Source: Escherichia coli
Lineage (GTDB): Bacteria; Pseudomonadota; Gammaproteobacteria; Enterobacterales; Enterobacteriaceae
Assembly (NCBI RefSeq): GCF_003790525.1
Contig: NZ_CP033635.1
DNA length: 64,000 nucleotides
Reading direction: 5' to 3' (one strand)
The translations under genes were made by a program, and so were the position numbers. Below, piece after piece: positions 56,174 through 64,000 of this stretch. The number at the start of each line of letters is the position of its first letter. Position 1 is the stretch's first letter. The notes below the pieces were generated by a model, which was not told the DNA's origin, did no database searches, and was given only the letters and a program-made list of their open reading frames with translations.

Positions 56174-56995
56174 TTACCAGGGGGATAACGGAACCCTGAA
56201 TAACGCAGTGGGTAATATTTTTCCTGTTATCAGATATTCTGCCTGTGCCGGAGTGAGTGTTACGGCGCGAACAGGGATATCCGGAGATATTTTTCGGGCC
56301 ATCTGAAACCAGCCTTCTTTTTCTATATCCATTCTGACCGGATATAACGAAAGTACCGGATAAATAATGGTGTTATTAATTTCTTTTTTCTGCCTGAGCA
56401 GAACGCCGCAATATTCTCCGGAATGCGTTCCGGCAAACGGAAAACCATGCCAGAGAATAATGTCCATATTCTCGCGGGCTGAAATAATCCTGCAGAATAT
56501 CTCCTGTGTGGCTGGCCAGTCTCCCGGACGATACAGTGGATAATGCACCCTGCCGTTCAGCCATTCCGGACTGAGATAAAACCAGTCAGCCAGTGCTGCA
56601 AGAATCTCCCCGCTCAGATAGTCAGTGAGTCTGTCCGGCTCCCGGAAGACGGCAGGGCGGATATTCCAGGGGGCCAGTAATGCAGCCATCGTTGTTGCGC
56701 TGATATCATGTGCCTGCATGATGTGCTCCATCCTGCTGAGAAGACGGCGGACGATGTTATCTGCAGGAAGAAACATTTCACTTAACGCGTCTTCGACCAG
56801 GATACGCGTCAGGTCAGAGACGGAAAGAGAAAGCTGTTCGCTCATGATACCAAGGGCATCCCTGACTCCCTGCGGATAACGAACCTGCAGGGGTGTGGAC
56901 TGCAGCTGGCGATGACTGAGCAGGCATTCGCAAATTCGCTCCCTGTCCAGGGAGAGCATCATACGGGCGGCAATACCTGTGCTGTCAGTTTTCAT
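56174..56995 (-). CDS. hypothetical protein downstream of rci
   Basis: 273-aa ORF on same strand as the pil operon. Confidence 0.4.
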   Translation of the reverse strand: MKTDSTGIAARMMLSLDRERICECLLSHRQLQSTPLQVRYPQGVRDALGIMSEQLSLSVSDLTRILVEDALSEMFLPADNIVRRLLSRMEHIMQAHDISATTMAALLAPWNIRPAVFREPDRLTDYLSGEILAALADWFYLSPEWLNGRVHYPLYRPGDWPATQEIFCRIISARENMDIILWHGFPFAGTHSGEYCGVLLRQKKEINNTIIYPVLSLYPVRMDIEKEGWFQMARKISPDIPVRAVTLTPAQAEYLITGKILPTALFRVPLSPW

Positions 56996-57207
56996 TTCAC
57001 CTCCATGCGGGTCAGCGTGTTTTGTTCATAAATTGAGTCTAAAGAGAGTGTTTTTTAAACGGAAGCGAGTTATTTCGATCGTTATGATCGAGTGTGTTTC
57101 AAGAGTGTTTGCAACTCTGTTTTAAGGGCGAATGAAAAGGATTCGGACAGGATGACCGTGATTAATTTAACCCGGAAGCAAAAGTTGATTTTCATTCTGA
57201 TATGCCT

Positions 57208-58332
57208 TCAGTTTGTTAACGGACAAATCATGACCCGTTCATCAATGTTTGCGGGTAGCTCGCCTGGCGTGGGAACGCGTTCACCCCGCTGAGCAGCCTG
57301 TGCCAGTGTGCGCAGCAACAATACGCTGGCATGAGATATAGCCAGTTCCCGGGTTTCTGCACGGGTTTCAAGGTCGAAATCGTGCAGTGTCACGACAAAC
57401 AGCCCGTTTCTGCACCCGACAGTTGCAGGGTAGGGAACAAAATAAGGTGAAATTTTGCTGGTCTGTTTACGCCTTGCATCGAGTTTGCTGACCAGCTGAT
57501 ATGCCCGGAGATGCGTGTACCGTTTTAACATGTTCAGGGAGCGGTGGCCTGAAATAGCGGCAACTTCAATGACATTCAATGTACCAAGTTCGAAAAATCG
57601 GCTGATGGCTTCATGACGGAGATCGTGAAAATGCAGATTTTCTATTTTCAGGTCCAGAAGTGCGGTACGCCAGGCGCTTTTGAAACCGGATGAGGTGTAA
57701 CTGAACACATTGCCGTTTATCTGTTGTGGCAGAATTTGCAGGTAGTTGCGAGCTTTCCGGGAGAGTGGGACATCGCGTGGTAAACCATTTTTCGTTTCAG
57801 GAAGATGCGCCACTCCGTGCTGCAAATCGAGGTGTTCCCAGCGTAATGTGAGAATTTCCCCCTGTCGCATTGCTGTTTCCAGGGCCAGATGGAAGATAAC
57901 GTAGAGCTGCTGATTTTTATCTCTGAAATAGCGGGAGAGTCGGCGTTCTTCGCCAGAAGTCAGGCGACGCTCTCGCCCATTACTGATTTTGGGTTTTCGG
58001 ACCAGTTCAACAGGATTCATACGGCATGTCCCCCATTCCACACGGGCGATATTGAATAATGATGATAAAAGAGCAAGTTCAAGACGGACGGTGTTTCCGG
58101 TGATTTGACGCCCAGTTCGTGGGTTAATTTGAGCCAAACGCTGATCCCGGTAACTGGCGATATAAACGGTCGTGATTTCATCCATATAGCGATCGGCCAC
58201 AGGGTGACGTTTAATCACATTGACGCGATAAACCTCCTGCAGATGCCCTTTTTTATGGACGGAAACGGTTTTCAGGTATTTGTCCAGCGCCCGGTTGAGA
58301 GTCATTTTGCGAATTTTGATTTTTCGAAACAT
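57208..58332 (-). CDS. rci: shufflon-specific tyrosine recombinase Rci
   Basis: ATG 58332 ([30 protein letters not shown]...) matches R64-type Rci; track ORF extends further upstream in frame. Confidence 0.85.
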   Translation of the reverse strand: MFRKIKIRKMTLNRALDKYLKTVSVHKKGHLQEVYRVNVIKRHPVADRYMDEITTVYIASYRDQRLAQINPRTGRQITGNTVRLELALLSSLFNIARVEWGTCRMNPVELVRKPKISNGRERRLTSGEERRLSRYFRDKNQQLYVIFHLALETAMRQGEILTLRWEHLDLQHGVAHLPETKNGLPRDVPLSRKARNYLQILPQQINGNVFSYTSSGFKSAWRTALLDLKIENLHFHDLRHEAISRFFELGTLNVIEVAAISGHRSLNMLKRYTHLRAYQLVSKLDARRKQTSKISPYFVPYPATVGCRNGLFVVTLHDFDLETRAETRELAISHASVLLLRTLAQAAQRGERVPTPGELPANIDERVMICPLTN

Positions 58333-58394
58333 ATCGGCCTTCCACGATAAAAACGGGGAAGGTAGGAATAGTGAAACGGAAATGCAATATCGCC

Positions 58395-58413
58395 GTGCCA
58401 ATCCGGTGTGTGG
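58395..58413 (+). repeat. shufflon sfx 19-bp repeat (left)
   Basis: GTGCCAATCCGGTGTGTGG, matching the R64 shufflon repeat consensus as I recall it. Confidence 0.85.
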
Positions 58414-58746
58414 CGAACGATTGGTGCACCTGACGGAAGTTACAGCAATCTGGGTTCTCACCGGGGAACATTTAACGGGAGAAATAACGGCAGAGGAACT
58501 TTGTTTGTGTACGCTTCCGGTGGAAATGGTGCCGGTGGCGGTGATTGCGCCAACACATCAAATCTTCAGGGCTATGTGAACGGCGCTTTCATTGGTATGA
58601 ATGCCAGCAATAACCCCTCCTACGGAAAGACAGCATTTATTTCATTTGCCGTGCCAGTGGGAGCGTCATATCAAATCATCTCCAGACCAACACAAAATTA
58701 CGCCTGTGGTAACGGTGTTTTCTCTGTGTATGCCTATCAGATGTGA
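58408..58746 (+). other. silent alternative PilV C-terminal cassette
   Basis: ORF reads out of left sfx repeat in the same frame (CQSGVW...) that pilV uses through right repeat; no independent RBS. Confidence 0.7.
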
Positions 58747-58750
58747 GTCC

Positions 58751-60079
58751 CTAGCTGGCTTTAACAATGTAGTTGAATGCAATATTTTTGGGACGCATTT
58801 CTGTGGTACTCCCCTGTGCCCAGTATGGCATACCACTATGATGCCCTTTCAGCCATCCGCCACGTTCGTGATAGACGCCTGATTGATCGGCCTGATAACT
58901 CAGGAGTTGTCTGTTCCGATCACCATCAAGTCCCTTCCCGTTATCCCAGCCACGGATAAAAACACCGCGCAGATCGGGCAATTTACAGCCAGGATAAGCA
59001 CGGGCAAGCTGAGGATACCGGGAACAGGAAAACGACTGGCCGTTCATCAACAGATAGCCTTGTGGAGGAGTGGCAGATGGCCATGGGATAGGGCTTCCCA
59101 CAGGGTAGGATTCAAAGCCAATCCACACACCGGATTGGCACGAAAGTATTGCCCCTTTACTGTCGCGGCCTACAAGTCCGTCCGGTGAGCAGGAAGTACC
59201 TGCGGTGGCTGTTTTTTCCAGCTGTAAATACTCACCCGTGGAAAGACGCCCCTCAGACCGGACAGTTCCACCACTGACTTTTCCTCCTTTGAGCTCTCCT
59301 TCGGTTGTGATCCCTTTGTTGTTAACAGCACGTATCCATTCGCTGTCCGTCATGGTGAAGCCGCCACCATTTGGATGTAACCAACGATTTGATGTGACAT
59401 CGCCTGAAAATCTGGCGTTTTTACCACTGGCTTCATTGATATTGGTGATGCTGTTATTATTCATATCAATGCCAGTATGCATTCTGTTTAAATCGGGTCT
59501 TCCCTGAACGCTGTAGCGGTAAAGCCGATCGCTTTCCTCCAGATCTTTTCCAGCCATTCGCATGGCGATATGCCCCTTGTTGCAGGTAATCTGATAATTA
59601 CTTCCCAGATCGGTCCAGCCGCCAAAGGCACCTGTAACGGAATTATTCTGGAGCATAAAACCACCGAGTCCATTAATCTGGCCCGCTATGCGACGTAACC
59701 CATCTTCTTTAATATCCTGTCCTCCGGTTGTGCAGGTAAGTGCTTCCAGACGACCGGATAAATTATTTTTTCTGATACCGGTAATATAGCTGTGTCCAAA
59801 GGGGGAGCGGGAAAAACCGTTGTTCAGATATCCCTGCTGAATTAATTCATTTACCGTGATGGTTTTACTGGAAAGTGAGCTGGTTTTATCAGCCACATAA
59901 TTCTTTATTGCATTATTATATTCATCAGCATGTAAAGCCGCACTTTGATAAAGTTGTTCATTCAGCCAGTCTTCAATTTCTGAATAAATCATTGGCGTGG
60001 CGATACCAATTACTATCAGGCCTGCCAGAATTTCAAGCAGAATAAAACCTTTATCGTCATCGTGTCTGAATTTTTTCAC
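58751..60079 (-). CDS. pilV: thin-pilus minor pilin/adhesin PilV (shufflon-variable C-terminus)
   Basis: Prepilin-type N-terminus KGFILLEILAGLIVIGIATP; constant region to sfx repeat, then variable 124-aa tail. Confidence 0.85.
   Translation of the reverse strand: MKKFRHDDDKGFILLEILAGLIVIGIATPMIYSEIEDWLNEQLYQSAALHADEYNNAIKNYVADKTSSLSSKTITVNELIQQGYLNNGFSRSPFGHSYITGIRKNNLSGRLEALTCTTGGQDIKEDGLRRIAGQINGLGGFMLQNNSVTGAFGGWTDLGSNYQITCNKGHIAMRMAGKDLEESDRLYRYSVQGRPDLNRMHTGIDMNNNSITNINEASGKNARFSGDVTSNRWLHPNGGGFTMTDSEWIRAVNNKGITTEGELKGGKVSGGTVRSEGRLSTGEYLQLEKTATAGTSCSPDGLVGRDSKGAILSCQSGVWIGFESYPVGSPIPWPSATPPQGYLLMNGQSFSCSRYPQLARAYPGCKLPDLRGVFIRGWDNGKGLDGDRNRQLLSYQADQSGVYHERGGWLKGHHSGMPYWAQGSTTEMRPKNIAFNYIVKAS
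59123..59141 (-). repeat. shufflon sfx 19-bp repeat (right, inverted)
   Basis: CCACACACCGGATTGGCAC = reverse complement of left repeat; lies inside pilV codons CQSGVW. Confidence 0.85.
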
Positions 60080-60726
60080 GTGAATATCTCCGATGTGTGG
60101 ATAACGGAATCAGGGAAGAGGGTCAGCACATACAGGGACGCGCAGAGAAACGGGGCAAACGGCAGCGCCAGCTGGCGTCTGCGACGGCAGAAAATGAGGA
60201 TAAACAGAAATGCTCCGGAGGCTGCGGCGGTGATTATGAGTGGAGTGTGTTGCGGTTGCGTCCACATTGCGATCCCCGCAATCAGGAACACATCACCAAG
60301 GCCGAGCGCTTCCGTCCCTTTCGCTGCCAGAAAAATGCGTCGTAACAGGTATATCATGCCGAACCACAGTGACGCGTTGAGCAGGGCATGAGCCAGTGAG
60401 TCCTGGCTGTATCTGAACGCTGCGCCCAGAATAATAAGAGAAAGCGTGAATATCCGGGGAAGCCGACAGACAGCAATATCCGTCAGCGTCATTACAGTTA
60501 ATAATCCCGTCAGAATGGAAAGGAATAACAGTCCTGTCGCGTCAACACCATATGCACCGTTGAGGCAAATGCTCAGGACAGCCAGAAGACAACAGATGCA
60601 CACCGCAGCGTTGTGTGGGCGGGTATTGTGTACTTCTGATAAATATACTGTGGCGGCGCTGTATGAAAGATACAGAATTGCCGCAAGGACAATCAGGATA
60701 ATGCATATCGGGAGTAATTCAGACAC
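60076..60726 (-). CDS. pilU: prepilin peptidase
   Basis: 216-aa polytopic membrane protein; position as in R64/SPI-7 pil operon. Confidence 0.7.
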   Translation of the reverse strand: MSELLPICIILIVLAAILYLSYSAATVYLSEVHNTRPHNAAVCICCLLAVLSICLNGAYGVDATGLLFLSILTGLLTVMTLTDIAVCRLPRIFTLSLIILGAAFRYSQDSLAHALLNASLWFGMIYLLRRIFLAAKGTEALGLGDVFLIAGIAMWTQPQHTPLIITAAASGAFLFILIFCRRRRQLALPFAPFLCASLYVLTLFPDSVIHTSEIFT

Positions 60727-60738
60727 AGTTACCTCAGC

Positions 60739-61215
60739 TTAATCTTTTCTGAAATACCGGTTGTGGATTATTCGGGCATATATCATGCGCCGGGCTGTGT
60801 TATTTTTGCTGAATCCTGCGTTGTAACTGCCAAGGCATTCCCAGTTAACGCCGCAGCGTTGAAAATGGCGGGCCAGTATCCAGGCACCGGTATGAATATT
60901 CAGGCAGGGCTTTTTAAGCAGTTCATCCTTGTTTTTAATGACGCCCAGTTTTTTCAGTTCAGGAATATGCACTGAATTAATCTGCATTATTCCGTAATCC
61001 GTACTGATGATTTTTCCGGATTTGTTTTTATTGTGATTTATCGCAGTGGCGACCAGGCCGCTTTCCTGCTGTGCAATGGTTTTCAGAAGCTCAGGGGCAA
61101 TCAGGTAACGTTTTCCGGCCTGAATAAAACAGGAATCGAGATGATTATTATTCATCACAGATGCGATTGATGTGTGACTGAATAAAAGCAGGACAGAGAG
61201 ATATAACCATTTCAT
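60739..61215 (-). CDS. pilT: lytic transglycosylase
   Basis: Signal peptide; SLT-like motif AQQESGLVATAINHN...GIMQINS. Confidence 0.7.
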   Translation of the reverse strand: MKWLYLSVLLLFSHTSIASVMNNNHLDSCFIQAGKRYLIAPELLKTIAQQESGLVATAINHNKNKSGKIISTDYGIMQINSVHIPELKKLGVIKNKDELLKKPCLNIHTGAWILARHFQRCGVNWECLGSYNAGFSKNNTARRMIYARIIHNRYFRKD

Positions 61216-61273
61216 TATGATAATCCCGGCAGTGACAGCATCCTCTGGTATTTAAGGATGCTGTCCGGAAACA

Positions 61274-61810
61274 TTAGCTGTTTGTTTCAAGGGTGATGTT
61301 ATTTTTGTCGTTACTACATACTGTTACGGGATCCACAGTAGCCGGGGCGGTATTCATGATTTTGGTAAACATGGATGAACTGCGCAGGCTGTTAATGAGT
61401 TCCACGCAATTTTCTTTCGGTACATTATTGCTGGTAATCGTATAACCATACTTGTCTGCCGTTGCCTTAATGGTGACATCACCGCCCCAGGCATTTTTGG
61501 CCTTGTTACCACCGGCGATCATATCGGCCGGCAGGGAACCACTCTGCGTCAGCGTTTTGATATAATCACTGCTGGTATATTGTCCCTGGAACTTGTACTG
61601 CTTCATTTTGGTTGCAATGGTCTGCAGGTTTTTCACTTCGCGCTGGTTATCACTGGATGACATGGTACTGGACATCTGACTCATTGCGAGAACAACCACA
61701 ATACCGATAATAATCAGTGCGCCGGCAACTTCCAGTAAGGTTAAACCTTTATCCTCCTCTTTCTCTTTTTTTAAAGCAAAATAAGAATAAAGACATGATC
61801 TGAAGTTCAT
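61274..61810 (-). CDS. pilS: type IV prepilin (thin-pilus major pilin)
   Basis: Leader then GLTLLEVAGALIIIGIVVVLA prepilin cleavage/hydrophobic segment. Confidence 0.8.
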   Translation of the reverse strand: MNFRSCLYSYFALKKEKEEDKGLTLLEVAGALIIIGIVVVLAMSQMSSTMSSSDNQREVKNLQTIATKMKQYKFQGQYTSSDYIKTLTQSGSLPADMIAGGNKAKNAWGGDVTIKATADKYGYTITSNNVPKENCVELINSLRSSSMFTKIMNTAPATVDPVTVCSNDKNNITLETNS

Positions 61811-61859
61811 ATATCACTCCTGGTTTATGGGATGTTTCAGAAATATTCTGTATGCGGGA

Positions 61860-62960
61860 TTATTGTTTCAGCATGTCGCTGATACTGTAGATGGCAGATA
61901 TCATGTTAAGAATAAAAAAGAAGACAAAAACTCCTGATATACCGGTAATAATTAATCCAATTCGTTTTACCCGTTTTTTTGCTTCCTCCAGCCACTGATC
62001 GGCATAGAGTGCCATGGTTGCCACACTGTCCTCCCTTTCGGAGTTCAGGAGCAGTTTATTGATGCATATTCTGGACGGAAAATCGTAACCGGAATTTCGC
62101 ATTGCTGTGGCCAGATTCTGACCGGATAATACATGTTTTCGTATTGCCTGAATTCTCTCCTTTAACCATTTATTCTTTTCTGCACCTTTTTCCATTCGGA
62201 GCAGGGCCTGCGAAAGAGGAATATTAATCTGCAGCATGGATGAAATACTGAACAGATAATTCACCCCGTGTAAGGTCTGATACAGTGACCAGGGGGGAGC
62301 CTTGTCCAGCATCCTCCGGCCGGGGCCGGTATACCGGCTGAATGAAAAACGGATCAGAAGCGTCAGGGCGAAAATGGTCCCACAGAGCCAGAATCCGTAC
62401 CCGATGAAAAATTCCGACATGCCGGCAAGCAATTTCATCTGGAATGACCATTTATCTTCTGAAGCAAACGCACTGACGATGGGGATGATACGGGTATGGG
62501 CGTTGTACATATTCACCACACAGAGCGAAAGCAGCAGAAGGGGGTAGAGGCAGACGGCAATGAGGCTGGATGTCATTTCCCGCCGGGCTTTAACGGTTCT
62601 GGCCACCTGGAAAAGGGCGTCGGCAATATTTCCGCGCTCTTCCCCGTTTCTGATTAACGTGGCTTCCTCCGGTGGCACCCAGGTTAACAGGGCACCGGAT
62701 AACATGCCGCTGGCTTTGATGGAATCGATGCATTCTTTTGCCAGAAAATACATGCCGGATGTGCCTTTCTTTTCACCAAAATCGGTTTCGATCTCGCAGA
62801 GAAATTCGAGTGCACGCAGGGACGGCGTTCCGTCACGTATCATGCCGCCCAGGGCTTCGTAGAACTCCACCCGGTTCAGGGCAAAGGTTTTTCTGGCTAT
62901 CCAGACAGTCAGTGCTGTCAGCTCAATGTCGGTGTTGTTGAGTTTTTCCAGAAATCTCAT
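61860..62960 (-). CDS. pilR: type IV pilus inner-membrane platform protein (GspF-like)
   Basis: ATG 62960 directly after pilQ stop; polytopic; track ORF 61860..63026 extends into pilQ. Confidence 0.7.
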   Translation of the reverse strand: MRFLEKLNNTDIELTALTVWIARKTFALNRVEFYEALGGMIRDGTPSLRALEFLCEIETDFGEKKGTSGMYFLAKECIDSIKASGMLSGALLTWVPPEEATLIRNGEERGNIADALFQVARTVKARREMTSSLIAVCLYPLLLLSLCVVNMYNAHTRIIPIVSAFASEDKWSFQMKLLAGMSEFFIGYGFWLCGTIFALTLLIRFSFSRYTGPGRRMLDKAPPWSLYQTLHGVNYLFSISSMLQINIPLSQALLRMEKGAEKNKWLKERIQAIRKHVLSGQNLATAMRNSGYDFPSRICINKLLLNSEREDSVATMALYADQWLEEAKKRVKRIGLIITGISGVFVFFFILNMISAIYSISDMLKQ

Positions 62961-62961
62961 G

Positions 62962-64000
62962 TCAGTGCAGCAGCGTATAGCTGTCCTCGTCGATGGGAGA
63001 GATGTAATGGGCCGCCAGCGGATCAACCTGCCCGCTGTTGATTTTTCCCAGCAGATGCTGATTTCGTGTCATGCCGCCCAGCTCCCGGTGCCAGTAGGTT
63101 CTGGCCTCAATACGCCCCTTTTCCCGGTACAACTGGAAAAAACGGGCATCCGGGGAGATGACTTCTGCGATCACCGTTCGTCCTGTCACGCCACGCCAGC
63201 AGTGCGGGCAGCCTTCATGATTTCGCAGATATACCTGGTCCGGGTTGCAGACGCTTTCCACCAGGTGCCGTTCATCATCCGTGCGCTCGGTAGCCACCTC
63301 ATGCCAGGGGCGACGGCAGTGCGGACATATCAGCTGAACCAGACGCTGGCTCAGCAGGCCAATGAACAGTTGCGGGTCGGCAATCATCCTGGCCTGTACC
63401 CCCTCCATCTCAAGACGTTCGAGGATGTTAATCGGGTCGTTCGCATGGATGGTGGTCAGCATCAGATGGCCGGTCATGGCGGCTTTTATTGCCGTAATGG
63501 CGGAATCGTGGTCGCGGATTTCACCGTTCAGGATCCCGTCGGGGTCAAGACGCAGTGCCGATTTGATGGAGTCCACCCAGCCCTGCGCGGTATCCATGAC
63601 GGCGGTCTGAATGGCACCGGGAATACGCCCTTCCGGCGGGGATTCGATGGTGAACAGCCTGCGACGGGGCAGAAGAATACCGCCGGTATTGTTGAAGCCG
63701 TACTGTTCAAGGTATGCCGCAGAGGCGGTTCTCAGCGTGGTGGATTTTCCTGAACCTGTTGGTCCTGAGAGCGTGATAATACCTTCAGGGCGCTGCAGAA
63801 TACGGCGCAGGGTGCGCTCCTGCTCAGGGTGGTAGCCCAGCATGCTGAAGGTCGGGATTTGCAGACTGTCATCCTTGATCAGACGGAGCACAGCATAGAG
63901 GCCGCCCACGCAGGGATAGTGGGAGTAGCGTGCACCAAACAGACCGGCCAGTTTCAGGTACTGCTCTGAAAGACGCGCATCCTGAGGCACCCCGGGATCA
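62962..64000 (-). CDS. pilQ: type IV pilus assembly ATPase (GspE-like), 5'-truncated by window end
   Basis: Walker A GPTGSGKST; Cys tetrad CPHC...CPHC; gene continues beyond 64000. Confidence 0.75.
   Translation of the reverse strand, partial: DPGVPQDARLSEQYLKLAGLFGARYSHYPCVGGLYAVLRLIKDDSLQIPTFSMLGYHPEQERTLRRILQRPEGIITLSGPTGSGKSTTLRTASAAYLEQYGFNNTGGILLPRRRLFTIESPPEGRIPGAIQTAVMDTAQGWVDSIKSALRLDPDGILNGEIRDHDSAITAIKAAMTGHLMLTTIHANDPINILERLEMEGVQARMIADPQLFIGLLSQRLVQLICPHCRRPWHEVATERTDDERHLVESVCNPDQVYLRNHEGCPHCWRGVTGRTVIAEVISPDARFFQLYREKGRIEARTYWHRELGGMTRNQHLLGKINSGQVDPLAAHYISPIDEDSYTLLH

Larger units (their letters stand above)
58395..59141. other. shufflon invertible DNA segment (single segment, A/A'-type)
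   Basis: Bounded by inverted 19-bp sfx repeats; contains two convergent alternative pilV 3' ends meeting at 58746/58751. Confidence 0.8.

Overview
This 64-kb window reads as one segment of an SPI-7/PAPI-1-type (GI-type T4SS) integrative conjugative element from an enterobacterium. All calls are from reading the sequence and ORF translations and from recollection of protein families; no database search or computation was run. Layout: (1) 1-13.8 kb, a lambdoid-like block of small genes plus island maintenance genes (STY4526/STY4528-like proteins, a tandem array of ~23 x 36-bp palindromic repeats, topB, ssb, rpn with a duplicated 3' end). (2) 13.8-35.2 kb, a contiguous GC-rich conjugation module on the + strand (PilL-like lipoprotein, lytic transglycosylase, TraD coupling protein, VirB4-like ATPase, TraU-like and TraG-like proteins). 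(3) 35.2-57 kb, an AT-richer cargo mosaic (rpmE2/ykgM, a convergent recombinase-like gene pair, an ardA anti-restriction block, an EcoP15I-like Type III R-M system with a ~25-copy pentanucleotide tract upstream of mod, an IS629-like remnant splitting a decayed higBA, an Ag43 3' fragment). (4) 57-64 kb, the 3' end of a thin-pilus operon (pilQRSTUV) with rci and a single-segment shufflon. The most interesting unexplained signal is a family of three ~250-300 bp elements (about 10.5, 38.8 and 41.6 kb) built from repeated hairpin modules whose stems differ but stay complementary; I could not match it to any RNA or DNA element class I know.
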